From an uncultured Candidatus Saccharibacteria bacterium (GTDB lineage: Bacteria > Patescibacteriota > Minisyncoccia > Phycocordibacterales > UBA9973), in NCBI GenBank assembly GCA_964606295.1, contig CAZSFR010000001.1:56504-120503 (forward strand): a stretch of DNA of 64,000 nucleotides. The letters are read 5' to 3'. This document shows positions 49,741 through 59,024 of the stretch, piece by piece. The notes beneath the pieces were generated by a model. That model was not told where the DNA came from. It saw only the letters and a program-made list of their open reading frames with translations, and did not search any database. The first letter of the stretch is position 1; each line of letters begins with the position of its first letter. The translations under genes and the position numbers were made by a program.

Positions 49741-50916
49741 ATGCCAAAAGTCAATCCTACTATCGAATCTTTCGCTCGTATCAAAGTTATCGGAATCGGT
49801 GGCTCTGGCAAAAACGCCTTGAACCACATGATCAACTCCAAAGTTCGTGGAGTTGAATTCATCGCAATGAATACCGACACACAGGATTTGCACAATTCAC
49901 TTGCAGAGAAAAAGATTCACATTGGCAAGAATCTTACCAAAGGACTCGGCGCAGGGATGAACCCTGAAATCGGTCGCAAAGCTGCTGAGGAAACAAAAAC
50001 AGAAATCCAAGACGTTATCAAAGGTGGCGAGATGGTATTCATAGCATGTGGTATGGGTGGAGGTACGGGTACGGGAGCAGCGCCTACAGTTGCTCGAGCA
50101 GCAAAAGAAAGCGGTGTACTCACTGTAGGTGTTGTCACAAAACCATTTTCATTTGAAGGACGCGAGAGAATGCGTCTAGCAGAAGAAGGTCTTGCCGAAT
50201 TAGAAAAAGAGGTTGACGCAATCATTATAATTCCGAACGACAGACTGCTCTCAATCACAAGTAAAGAAACAAGTTTGAAAAATGCTTTCTCAATGTGCGA
50301 CGAAGTCTTGCGACAAGCCGTCGAAGGAATCTCTGACTTGATTACAATTCCTGGTGACATCAACGTAGACTTCAACGATATCAAAACAATTATGGCAAAT
50401 GCTGGAACAGCACTCATGGGTATCGGTACGGCGACGGGAGACAAGCGAGCAGAAAAATCTGCATTTGATGCAATCAACTCTCCCCTTCTTGAAGTTTCTA
50501 TAAATGGAGCAAAAGGTATCCTGCTTTCGATTGCAGGTGGAGATGATCTCACTCTACATGAAGTTGCTGAGGCTGCGAAGATAGTTACGGAATCTGCAGA
50601 TAAGGACGCAAAAGTCATATTCGGTACATGCAAAGACGAACGTCTCAAGAAGGGAGAGATGAAAGTCACTGTCATCGCTACTGGCTTCCCTACCGCAAGT
50701 GGATCCGTTCAAAAGAAGTCACTTTTTGAAAAGCCAATTATTTCTGCTTCAACGTCACATCTAGAGGAGCGCAAGGAAATTCACAACACTCTTCCTGATG
50801 CAAATTTGGAAAAAAGAATAGCAACGGCTGAAATCATCGAAGACGATTCACTTTTGGGAGGTGACGATACAGACGATTGGAGCGCAGTTCCTGCATTCTT
50901 GCGAAGAAAGAAATAA
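49741..50916 (+). CDS. ftsZ: Cell division protein FtsZ
   Basis: GMGGGTGTG, INVDFND, C-terminal VPAFLRRKK. Confidence 0.99.
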   Translation: MPKVNPTIESFARIKVIGIGGSGKNALNHMINSKVRGVEFIAMNTDTQDLHNSLAEKKIHIGKNLTKGLGAGMNPEIGRKAAEETKTEIQDVIKGGEMVFIACGMGGGTGTGAAPTVARAAKESGVLTVGVVTKPFSFEGRERMRLAEEGLAELEKEVDAIIIIPNDRLLSITSKETSLKNAFSMCDEVLRQAVEGISDLITIPGDINVDFNDIKTIMANAGTALMGIGTATGDKRAEKSAFDAINSPLLEVSINGAKGILLSIAGGDDLTLHEVAEAAKIVTESADKDAKVIFGTCKDERLKKGEMKVTVIATGFPTASGSVQKKSLFEKPIISASTSHLEERKEIHNTLPDANLEKRIATAEIIEDDSLLGGDDTDDWSAVPAFLRRKK

Positions 50917-50924
50917 GTTTACTC

Positions 50925-50960
50925 ACAAAAGGCCTCGATTTTCCGAGGCTTTTGTTTTGT
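50925..50960 (+). terminator. Intrinsic terminator after ftsZ
   Basis: acaaaaggcctcg/cgaggcttttgt plus T-rich tail. Confidence 0.75.
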
Positions 50961-50977
50961 GTTATGATATGACAACT

Positions 50978-51916
50978 ATGGAACAAACAACCTACGATCT
51001 CATCATCATCGGCGGAGGGCCTGCAGGTGCTGCAGGCGCTGTCTATGCGTCACGCAAGAGACTAAAAACTCTTCTTATTACATATACTTTTGGTGGACAA
51101 TCCACTGATTCGTCTGACATCCAAAACTGGATCGGAACACCATCTATTTCAGGTGCTGACCTTGGCAAATCCCTTGAGACTCATATCAAAGCTTATGCAG
51201 ACGATGTCCTCACTATCGTCGAGGGAGAGAACGTGACAAAAGTAAAAGGAATTGAAAATTCATTCACTGTCTCAACTGATGCAGGTAAAGAGTATGAGGG
51301 AAAAACTATCCTTGTCACATCAGGTTCAGGCCGTAGAAAACTCGCAATACCTGGAGCAGACGTACTCGAACACAAAGGTATTACCTACTGCGCGTCATGC
51401 GACGGACTTTTGTTTCAAGGTATGGATGTCGCTGTCATAGGAGGAGGCAATGCAGGATTTGAAACTGCAGCACAACTTCTTGCCTATACCAAGAGCGTGA
51501 CTCTTTTCAATCGCGCGGATACTTTCAAGGCGGACGAAATCACTGTGGAGAAAGTTCTTTCTCATCCCTACATGACAGCTCTCAAAAATGTAGATTTGGT
51601 GTCAGTTGAGGGAGACAAGTTTGTATCTGGTTTGAAATACAAGGATATGACAACAAATGAGGAGAAACTTCTCCCTGTGCAAGGCATTTTTGTCGAAATC
51701 GGCCAGATTCCAAATACAGCTCTTGTAAAGGATTTTTTAACTCTCGATCAATACGGAAAAGTAGTAACCGATCCTATGACCCAAAGAACCTCAGTCAAGG
51801 GCGTATGGGCTGCAGGAGACTGCACAGACGGACTCTATCACCAAAACAACATCGCCGCTGGCGATGCTGTAAAAGCGCTTGAGGATATCTATCTCTATAT
51901 CCACGCAGGTAAATAA
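50978..51916 (+). CDS. Thioredoxin reductase/AhpF-like FAD disulfide oxidoreductase
   Basis: IIGGGPAG, YCASCDG, GGGNAG, FVEIG..PN, AAGD. Confidence 0.92.
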   Translation: MEQTTYDLIIIGGGPAGAAGAVYASRKRLKTLLITYTFGGQSTDSSDIQNWIGTPSISGADLGKSLETHIKAYADDVLTIVEGENVTKVKGIENSFTVSTDAGKEYEGKTILVTSGSGRRKLAIPGADVLEHKGITYCASCDGLLFQGMDVAVIGGGNAGFETAAQLLAYTKSVTLFNRADTFKADEITVEKVLSHPYMTALKNVDLVSVEGDKFVSGLKYKDMTTNEEKLLPVQGIFVEIGQIPNTALVKDFLTLDQYGKVVTDPMTQRTSVKGVWAAGDCTDGLYHQNNIAAGDAVKALEDIYLYIHAGK

Positions 51917-53677
51917 CTACTTTATCTTCTTATCAACATCATCGATTTCCTTTTCTATGATGTTTCCTGCTACGGACAGATCATTTCTCAATTTTGTTAG
52001 GAATGCTTGCTCATGTACTGAAAGAGGTTCTCCTGCTCTTACTTTTTTCAAGATTTCAATCTCATCTACTACTTCTTGATCAATAATCTTCATAGATTGA
52101 GCTGTAACTTCTTTTGCTTGCCCAACTTGAATGTGTAGCATTTTTTTATATTTTCTCCATCCTCTCAGTATAAGAATCCCAATCACAAATAAAAGTAGCA
52201 CTGCAATCAGTATTGGTATAATCGGTAGTATAATCCTCAAAGCCATATTCATAAATTTACCGAACACTCCTGGTAACACGGAGACGGAATAACTTTCTGT
52301 GAGAGTACTCTCAGCTCCGTTGTCCAAACGTGCTTTTGCAACAAAGTGATACTCACCGACTTTCCAGGCAGTTTTCATTGTGAAGTCGAAAGTACCATTC
52401 GGGTTGACTTTGACAATATTTTCATCACTTATTTTATTTTTACTGAATATTCTACCAATCCATGTTTCATTTTCCTTTTTGAAGTCAAATACTACATACG
52501 AATTTGCTATCGCAGTACCACTTGCTCTGAACACCGTGCCTCCATCAAGCTCTTGAGTGTAACTCAGTATAACCGGGACGCTAATTCCCTCGTATGTAAA
52601 ATAAACAACATTCACAATGTCATTTCCTGCATAATCATTGGCTCTTACAACCAACTGATGTTGGCCAAGAGAAAGCACCCCCGTGCTGTAAAGTGATTCT
52701 TCCGTTGTTTTCTGCCATATTACAGGATTCGAAGCATCTATACTTATTTCATAATTCTCTATACCAGACGTTGCATCAGTAGCGTTTAGTAAAAAATGTG
52801 TCGAGCCATCTTCGGGTTCTTTTTCGACTTTCGTAATGGTAAAATCACTTGGCTTCGTCTTATCGACATTAATTTTGAAATGCGTCGTCCCCCCCCAGCC
52901 GTAGCTATTTTTTAGTCTCAAGTGAAAGTACCACGTACCGTCTGTTATCTCTGCACTGGTATATGAAGAAGTTAATCCTTTGTCTTGCGTTGGAGTAGTT
53001 GTCGCATTTTTGTCGAGAACAAAGCTAACTGAGGTAGCATCAGTAGGGACTTGCCACTCAAACTGAGGCACAGATATCGCAAACCAGTCATTTGGGTCTG
53101 GGTGCGTTGGAGAGGTCACCAGAGGAGGTAGTGGAGAATTTGTTCCGGACATCGACGGTGTTGTGACTATTCCACCGCTTTGACCAATCGTGACAATAGA
53201 TTTTGGCAGTGAACCAGAGAGTATGTTGGTACCCTCCCCGTCGTTTGCCAGTATAGATGCTTGAGTCAATTCAAATGTAGCAATACCTGTACCTTCCGTC
53301 TTCCAACTAACTGTAAAAAGTTTGCCTCCAGTACCACTGAAACCAGGATTCAAAACCAATCCTTCAAATCTAACAGCCCCTGCTTCACTCGAAGGTTGTA
53401 TTGTCCAGAAATTTACAATGGTTCCGGATGTATTTATAGTTGGCGCACTCAACAAATTTGTTGGGTAATAGATACGTCCAGAAAAAGCATTTATGGCTTG
53501 ACTGGTACTGGATACTGAAACCGTCAATGTGATTGTCTCTCCTGTGTCTATGTTTGCTGTAGCAGGACTCACAGAGAATGTAGCTGCTTCAACGCCATGA
53601 AACGATACAGCAAAGAAGGCCGTTACAACAAGGAATTTCAATACAAATTGTTTGAAGTTTATAGAATAAAAATGCAT
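51917..53677 (-). CDS. Membrane-anchored cohesin-domain protein with Ig-like stalk and cytoplasmic helical tail
   Basis: Signal peptide (VEA|A); cohesin-like INAFSGRIYYP...FW..P...F.G...PGF.G..GKLF...LANDG.GT; SPTHPD; D..SGI..YE; TM near C-terminus. Confidence 0.75.
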   Translation of the reverse strand: MHFYSINFKQFVLKFLVVTAFFAVSFHGVEAATFSVSPATANIDTGETITLTVSVSSTSQAINAFSGRIYYPTNLLSAPTINTSGTIVNFWTIQPSSEAGAVRFEGLVLNPGFSGTGGKLFTVSWKTEGTGIATFELTQASILANDGEGTNILSGSLPKSIVTIGQSGGIVTTPSMSGTNSPLPPLVTSPTHPDPNDWFAISVPQFEWQVPTDATSVSFVLDKNATTTPTQDKGLTSSYTSAEITDGTWYFHLRLKNSYGWGGTTHFKINVDKTKPSDFTITKVEKEPEDGSTHFLLNATDATSGIENYEISIDASNPVIWQKTTEESLYSTGVLSLGQHQLVVRANDYAGNDIVNVVYFTYEGISVPVILSYTQELDGGTVFRASGTAIANSYVVFDFKKENETWIGRIFSKNKISDENIVKVNPNGTFDFTMKTAWKVGEYHFVAKARLDNGAESTLTESYSVSVLPGVFGKFMNMALRIILPIIPILIAVLLLFVIGILILRGWRKYKKMLHIQVGQAKEVTAQSMKIIDQEVVDEIEILKKVRAGEPLSVHEQAFLTKLRNDLSVAGNIIEKEIDDVDKKIK

Positions 53678-53689
53678 TTTAGAACTCTC

Positions 53690-54601
53690 TTATTGTACCT
53701 TTATTTTCTTAAATTTTCTAGGAACGAAGAAGATAACAAATGCAAAAATAGCAGTAACTATGAGAAGTGGTATCACCAAAATCGATACCGGAAAAAATTG
53801 CTCAGAATGTATTTGGGCTATACGTACGTTGCCAGCATTATCAATGGCCTTTACGCGTACTAGCGACCTCATAGATTGATCCTCTAGAAGATACGGGCTT
53901 TCTGCAACTTTCCAATCAGAATTGCCCTCCTTTACCTCAAAACGACTAATCCCAGACTCTTTGTCAGTTGTAGAAAATATCAAAAAATATTTTCCATCAA
54001 AAATGTATTGATTACTGGATATTTGTGGATAGAAAACCAAAGGTCTTTCAATGTCACTCGCGAAATTAGTACCGACTTCGCCCGTTTCGGAGGAAATCAC
54101 CCTAAATGGATATAGCAAAGTGGGAGCTTTGGTGCCAAGCCCATCATTAAAATACGCTTGCCCTGTTGTAAGGTACAACTCGGATGTAGAAATGGACTTT
54201 GTGGTAAAAATTGCAGAAAATAGTTTACCATCGAGATATGTCTGGTCTAGTGGGTTGATCGTGCCTCCAAATCCTCCAACCATTATCCCTGAAAATTTGA
54301 CACTCGATCCATTTGCTTTTGGTCTCTCAATCCACGAGGTAACAACAGAACTACCATCTCTAATACCAACCAACTCCAAGTGTTCATCGTCAAAAACCAA
54401 CTCTCCCTCGACTGCATTTATCAATTCTTCACTGGAATTTATAAAGACAGTGACTTCAAATTCAGCATTCGCTAGTACGGGGAATTTTTGATCTGATTGA
54501 AAGTAAATAGTCGCAGCATTAGCTTGCTTGTGTCCCAGAAAAAGCATGCTAAGAGTCACGAGGAGAATAAAAGTACATTTTTTTGAAAATAAATTGATCA
54601 T
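53690..54601 (-). CDS. Membrane-anchored cohesin-domain protein
   Basis: Signal peptide (ANA|A); INAVEGELVFD...W...P...FSG..GGF...NDGLGT; DKESGI..FEV; C-terminal TM plus basic tail. Confidence 0.75.
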   Translation of the reverse strand: MINLFSKKCTFILLVTLSMLFLGHKQANAATIYFQSDQKFPVLANAEFEVTVFINSSEELINAVEGELVFDDEHLELVGIRDGSSVVTSWIERPKANGSSVKFSGIMVGGFGGTINPLDQTYLDGKLFSAIFTTKSISTSELYLTTGQAYFNDGLGTKAPTLLYPFRVISSETGEVGTNFASDIERPLVFYPQISSNQYIFDGKYFLIFSTTDKESGISRFEVKEGNSDWKVAESPYLLEDQSMRSLVRVKAIDNAGNVRIAQIHSEQFFPVSILVIPLLIVTAIFAFVIFFVPRKFKKIKVQ

Positions 54602-54606
54602 ATGAT

Positions 54607-55545
54607 TTATCCAGTCCAGTAATATGCCAATATAGAGAAATCGACAAGCGTAATACGGCCATCTCCTGACAAATCTAGTTCAAGTGGCGCTCCCAATCTC
54701 CCGTACCAATACGCCAATATAGAAAAGTCTGTGATATTCACTCTGCAGTCTCCTGTGAAGTCTCCTTTTGGCGGACAACCTGAATTTAGAACAGTCTCAT
54801 TACCAACAGTAAATCCAACTATACTAGAATAAGATGTTACTTCTGCTCCGAGTGTTGACAACGACCTTGTGCTATGTGAGCCAAGTTCCAATACACCCGT
54901 ATTGAACCTATAGAGATATGCACCATAGTCGTCAGATGTCGTAGACAAAAAATACGGAACCAATGAATTAACATTGATAGTTATCGAAGCGTTTGGTGCA
55001 CTTTCCCCGAGTATAGTGATCGTTTCTCCTTTTGCAACAACAGTCTTATCGATAGATATAGTAGGGGCAATATAGATACCAGAAATAGTAGTCGATATAT
55101 TTTCTGTTACTACAATAGGAAATGTGAAGAGTGTTGACCTTCTCTCTTCACTATCCTCAGCCAAAACAGAAAACGTATACGAACCAGCTGGTAAATCAGA
55201 GATTGTTAGTGTAAATTTTGCATCAAGTCCAGCTGTAGTTTGTGCAATCTCAACTCCGTCTTGCAAAAATATTACTGCGGAGAAGGGATAAGCTCTGCCG
55301 GAGAACGTGACAGATGAATCTCCATCGTTCTGACCTCCTCCACCACCGCCCCCACCACCTCCTGCTCCTCCAGGATCGCCCACAGCAACAGTTGCAGTTA
55401 TGGTGACGTCTTCACTTACAGCACCCAACTCTCTTGGAGTTGAATCGTAAAAGATTCCTACTCCGAGAATGATAATTACAGATAAAATGCACCTGAATGA
55501 TTTATATAAATCATTCTTACTAAACTTTAGGAGTGGAAGTTTCAT
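54607..55545 (-). CDS. Secreted protein: short beta-strand, poly-Gly linker, Ig-like domains, C-terminal type I dockerin
   Basis: Duplicated GDFTGDCRVNITDFSILAYWY / DLSGDGRITLVDFSILAYYW; FSGRAYP; GESAPNA. Confidence 0.8.
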   Translation of the reverse strand: MKLPLLKFSKNDLYKSFRCILSVIIILGVGIFYDSTPRELGAVSEDVTITATVAVGDPGGAGGGGGGGGGGQNDGDSSVTFSGRAYPFSAVIFLQDGVEIAQTTAGLDAKFTLTISDLPAGSYTFSVLAEDSEERRSTLFTFPIVVTENISTTISGIYIAPTISIDKTVVAKGETITILGESAPNASITINVNSLVPYFLSTTSDDYGAYLYRFNTGVLELGSHSTRSLSTLGAEVTSYSSIVGFTVGNETVLNSGCPPKGDFTGDCRVNITDFSILAYWYGRLGAPLELDLSGDGRITLVDFSILAYYWTG

Positions 55546-56566
55546 TCATTTCTTTCTTTAGCTCCTCCTTAATCTCAGAGCGCAATGACTCCTTCAAATT
55601 TCTTCGATAATGCGTCTTTGCACGCTTCATAATATTTATAAACAAGAACAATCCAACTACTATAACAATAAGAAGGTGCCAAGGCACTACAAAAAATCCA
55701 GTTTTTGCAGTTGATGTCTGGTCACTTTCAGCTCCGTACGCTAGCGATATATTTGCAGTATAGTATCCGAAAGCAAAATTCTTCCATTCATACACAACTT
55801 TTTTGAAAAATCCTAGATTTTCAATATTTGCAACATCACTTGATCCTCTGCTTGATTGCCAAGTAGCTTCAAATCTTCTTGTCTGTGATGGTAATACGTT
55901 ACCTTGAGCGGAGTTTGCAAGAACTTTTGCCCTCACAAAACCAAACATATGTCTGATGACTATATCTCCATCTGGCTTTATCCTATCTCCGCCTGAATTT
56001 TGGAATCTGTAATAAAAAGAAACCGGGAGTGCAGTAAAAAAATTCTTATTGTCAATTGTGCCGTATTCAATAATACCTCCTTCTTCATCTACATCTCCGT
56101 TTACACGGAGCAACACCAAAACACCAGTTTTTGCACCAATTGCTATAGATCCTTCCCCGCTAACTTCAGGATTATTTGTACCCCAAAATACTGCAGCGAA
56201 ATACCCACCAGGCTCAGCTATTTCTGGTATATCGATTGTGACTGGAACTATCTTACTTGTGCCAGGTGCAAGTATTACCATGGAGTCTGTTTGCATCCAT
56301 GTTCCCAGCCCATCTACAGGAGTTACGAAACTTGGACTTCCCGTCTCCCCTTGTGCTTCAAAGTTTGAGAATGAAGAGTAAAATGTTTGACTTGTGTCTC
56401 TATCGTTTATAAGTGTAATCTCACTTTCAATAGTAGCTCCAGGGTCTCCGCTTAATTCTATGAGAACTGGCGTAAGTGTCAGAGCGTGCGCTTTGCTGAC
56501 AAAACTAGATGAAAAAATTATGACTGAGCAAAGTATAACCGCTAGTGTTGTTATTTTTTTTTGCAT
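55520..56566 (-). CDS. DUF916/WxL-interacting (PapD-like) protein with C-terminal TM
   Basis: Signal (AHA|L); LTP..IEL..DPG...ITLIN; W...LAPG....VPVTIDIP..AEPGGY.AAV; second domain FQNSG...KP.G; PW plus TM. Confidence 0.75.
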   Translation of the reverse strand: MQKKITTLAVILCSVIIFSSSFVSKAHALTLTPVLIELSGDPGATIESEITLINDRDTSQTFYSSFSNFEAQGETGSPSFVTPVDGLGTWMQTDSMVILAPGTSKIVPVTIDIPEIAEPGGYFAAVFWGTNNPEVSGEGSIAIGAKTGVLVLLRVNGDVDEEGGIIEYGTIDNKNFFTALPVSFYYRFQNSGGDRIKPDGDIVIRHMFGFVRAKVLANSAQGNVLPSQTRRFEATWQSSRGSSDVANIENLGFFKKVVYEWKNFAFGYYTANISLAYGAESDQTSTAKTGFFVVPWHLLIVIVVGLFLFINIMKRAKTHYRRNLKESLRSEIKEELKKEMNETSTPKV

Positions 56567-56579
56567 TATATTTTATGTA

Positions 56580-57677
56580 TTAGAAATTCCCCGTCGCTAT
56601 ATATGTAACATCTGTCGAGTATGAACCCGCTTCTGTTGTTGTCGCGATGTTTGCGATGTATTGAACGTCGATTGTTTCAGTTGCAGTAGCTATTGTTTCA
56701 GATGCGATGGTGGTTGTAGTGCCGGCAACAAACGCGTAGCTATTTGTTCCCGCAAGTTCGTATGCGGATGCTATCGTCACGTTACCTCCGTTATCGTCGA
56801 TACCTAGAGCAAACTGCTCTGATGCTGGGGTGCCGTCTGCGTCTGATGCAATAGTCGCTACGTTTATAGTGTTCGCTCCACTTGTGAGAGTGGCACCGAA
56901 GTATGTGATCGAGTATCCAGATGCAGCGTTTGTGGCAATAGTCATTTCGTGCGCCCCAGTTGTATCACCTGGTAGAACTCCTGTACCAGTTGCATCTGCT
57001 GTCGCATATCGTGCAGCGGTTGCATCGAGAGCTCCGAACCCTATCGCTACGTCAGATATTGTGAAAGTGATTGTTGGGCTCACCGTTGCAGTGATGTTGA
57101 CTGAGTCGTCTGCGATGATGTCGATAGCGATTGTTCCTGTGTCTCCGAATCCACCAGTGAACACGATAGTGTCGTCGTCATCAGCCGAACCGTTGGTTAC
57201 CGTACTCGCTGAACCTGTCGCACCAGTCGTCGCTGCTGTACCCCAGACAAGGCGCATACAGAATCCTGCTGTTAGGGTCTGATCTGTTTCTGGTGAAAGA
57301 GTAATTACATTACCCGTTACGTCCACTCCCCAGTCTGTAGCTGATGCAGTAGTAGCAACTACTTCATCTGTATATACAGCAGATGAACATGTTGCACTAT
57401 CTCCTAACTCGACGTCAAAATTGTTTACGTCTTCAGCTGCAAGAGTAAAGTCTGCACTGAAAGTAAGTATGATAGTATCACCTCCCACTTGGATACCTGT
57501 CGGGGTGGCAAATTGAACTGTTCCAGAACTGTTTGCTGTTGAAGCTTCTATTCTCCCTAGTGTTGCTGTCGCATTGGTCACCGAGGCAGCCATAGCCTTG
57601 CTTGGGAGCAGAGTTATAATTCCAGTTGCAGTGACGATAAATACAAAAACAAAAAGAGATGTTGCGAATTTTTTCAT
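56580..57677 (-). CDS. Secreted two-domain WxL/pilin-like subunit, paralog 1
   Basis: Signal (AMA|A); Thr/Ala/Asp-rich beta protein; I.FG.L, TNA.SGY, AGSYSTDVTYIATGNF C-terminus. Confidence 0.7.
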   Translation of the reverse strand: MKKFATSLFVFVFIVTATGIITLLPSKAMAASVTNATATLGRIEASTANSSGTVQFATPTGIQVGGDTIILTFSADFTLAAEDVNNFDVELGDSATCSSAVYTDEVVATTASATDWGVDVTGNVITLSPETDQTLTAGFCMRLVWGTAATTGATGSASTVTNGSADDDDTIVFTGGFGDTGTIAIDIIADDSVNITATVSPTITFTISDVAIGFGALDATAARYATADATGTGVLPGDTTGAHEMTIATNAASGYSITYFGATLTSGANTINVATIASDADGTPASEQFALGIDDNGGNVTIASAYELAGTNSYAFVAGTTTTIASETIATATETIDVQYIANIATTTEAGSYSTDVTYIATGNF

Positions 57678-58289
57678 AATCTTAGTAAGGACGTATTATC
57701 TATTATTTTATATGGATATATTATAACATTTTTACTAAAAATTGCCTCGCACATCGTCTGTGGATAACTTATCTGAACAGCTCAACCCCAGAAACAGAAT
57801 CAATCTATATTAGAAATTACCAGTTGCTATATATGTAACATCTGTCGAGTATGAACCCGCTTCTGTTGTTGTCGCGATGTTTGCGATGTATTGAACGTCG
57901 ATTGTTTCAGTTGCAGTAGCTATTGTTTCAGATGCGATGGTGGTTGTAGTGCCGGCAACAAACGCGTAGCTATTTGTTCCCGCAAGTTCGTATGCGGATG
58001 CTATCGTCACGTTACCTCCGTTATCGTCGATACCTAGAGCAAACTGCTCTGATGCTGGGGTGCCGTCTGCGTCTGATGCAATAGTCGCTACGTTTATAGT
58101 GTTCGCTCCACTTGTGAGAGTGGCACCGAAGTATGTGATCGAGTATCCAGATGCAGCGTTTGTGGCAATAGTCATTTCGTGCGCCCCAGTTGTATCACCT
58201 GGTAGAACTCCTGTACCAGTTGCATCTGCTGTCGCATATCGTGCAGCGGTTGCATCGAGAGCTCCGAACCCTATCGCTACGTCAGATAT
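56596..58289. repeat. 464-bp identical direct repeat (56596-57059 and 57826-58289)
   Basis: Line-by-line comparison at offset 1230 shows no mismatch over this span. Confidence 0.92.
57720..57767 (-). promoter_or_regulatory. Extended -10 (TGTTATAAT) with upstream consensus DnaA-box sequence (TTATCCACA)
   Basis: attataaca at 57720-57728, tgtggataa at 57759-57767; paralog 2 has TGCTATAAT and tgtggaaag at similar spacing. Confidence 0.55.
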
Positions 58290-58910
58290 AGAAAAGGTGA
58301 TTGTTGGGCTCACGGTTGCAGTGATGTTGACTGAGTCGTCCGTTATGATATCTATTGCGATAGTTCCTGTGTCTCCGAATCCACCAGTTATTGCAACGGA
58401 ATCATCATCATCTGCTCCACCGTTTGCCATAGTACTGGCTGAACCCGTACCTCCAGTTGTTGCAGCTGTACCCCAGACGAGACGCATACAGAATCCTGCA
58501 GTGAGGGTTTCGTCTGTGTCTGGCGAAAGAGTAAGGACATCCCCTGTGACATCTATTCCCCATTCCGTTCCAGAAGCATTAAGAGCAACTGTTTTATCGG
58601 TATAAACTGCAGTAGAGCACGTTGCACTGTCGCCGAGCTCTATATCAAAGTTTACCGCGGATTCTCCAACGAGTACGAAATCAGAACTAAAAGTAAGTAT
58701 GATTGTATCTGCGCCTCCTGTTTGAATGCCTGTCGGAGTCGCAAATTGAATAGTACCGGAATCGTTTGCACCTGTAGCTTCTATTCGTCCGAGTGTTGCA
58801 CTCGCGCTGGTCACCGAGGCAGCCATAGCCTTGCTTGGAAGCAAAGAAATAGCTCCGGTCGCTGTGACAATGAAGACAAGTACAAAAAGGGATGTTGCGA
58901 ATTTTTTCAT
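57810..58910 (-). CDS. Secreted two-domain WxL/pilin-like subunit, paralog 2
   Basis: Start MKKFATS as in paralog 1; same C-terminal domain, diverged N-terminal domain. Confidence 0.7.
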   Translation of the reverse strand: MKKFATSLFVLVFIVTATGAISLLPSKAMAASVTSASATLGRIEATGANDSGTIQFATPTGIQTGGADTIILTFSSDFVLVGESAVNFDIELGDSATCSTAVYTDKTVALNASGTEWGIDVTGDVLTLSPDTDETLTAGFCMRLVWGTAATTGGTGSASTMANGGADDDDSVAITGGFGDTGTIAIDIITDDSVNITATVSPTITFSISDVAIGFGALDATAARYATADATGTGVLPGDTTGAHEMTIATNAASGYSITYFGATLTSGANTINVATIASDADGTPASEQFALGIDDNGGNVTIASAYELAGTNSYAFVAGTTTTIASETIATATETIDVQYIANIATTTEAGSYSTDVTYIATGNF

Positions 58911-59024
58911 AATCTTGATTAAGAGCACTTTCTCTATTAGTTTATGTATATTTATTATAGCACTTTTACAGAAAATCGTTATGCGGAACTTCTGTGGAAA
59001 GTTGATATGCATATCTCGCATTTA

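Noticed and set aside
49917-50675. Long antisense ORFs over ftsZ (likewise over atp genes, dnaK, rpoA, mreB and the surface genes)
   Set aside because: They mirror conserved genes on the opposite strand and show no motifs.
51917-55545. Cellulosome
   Set aside because: Single cohesins and one dockerin on a non-catalytic protein; no glycoside hydrolase or multi-cohesin scaffoldin recognised.
56596-58289. Diversity-generating retroelement TR/VR pair
   Set aside because: Copies are identical with no adenine-specific mismatches, both are coding, and no reverse transcriptase is in the window.
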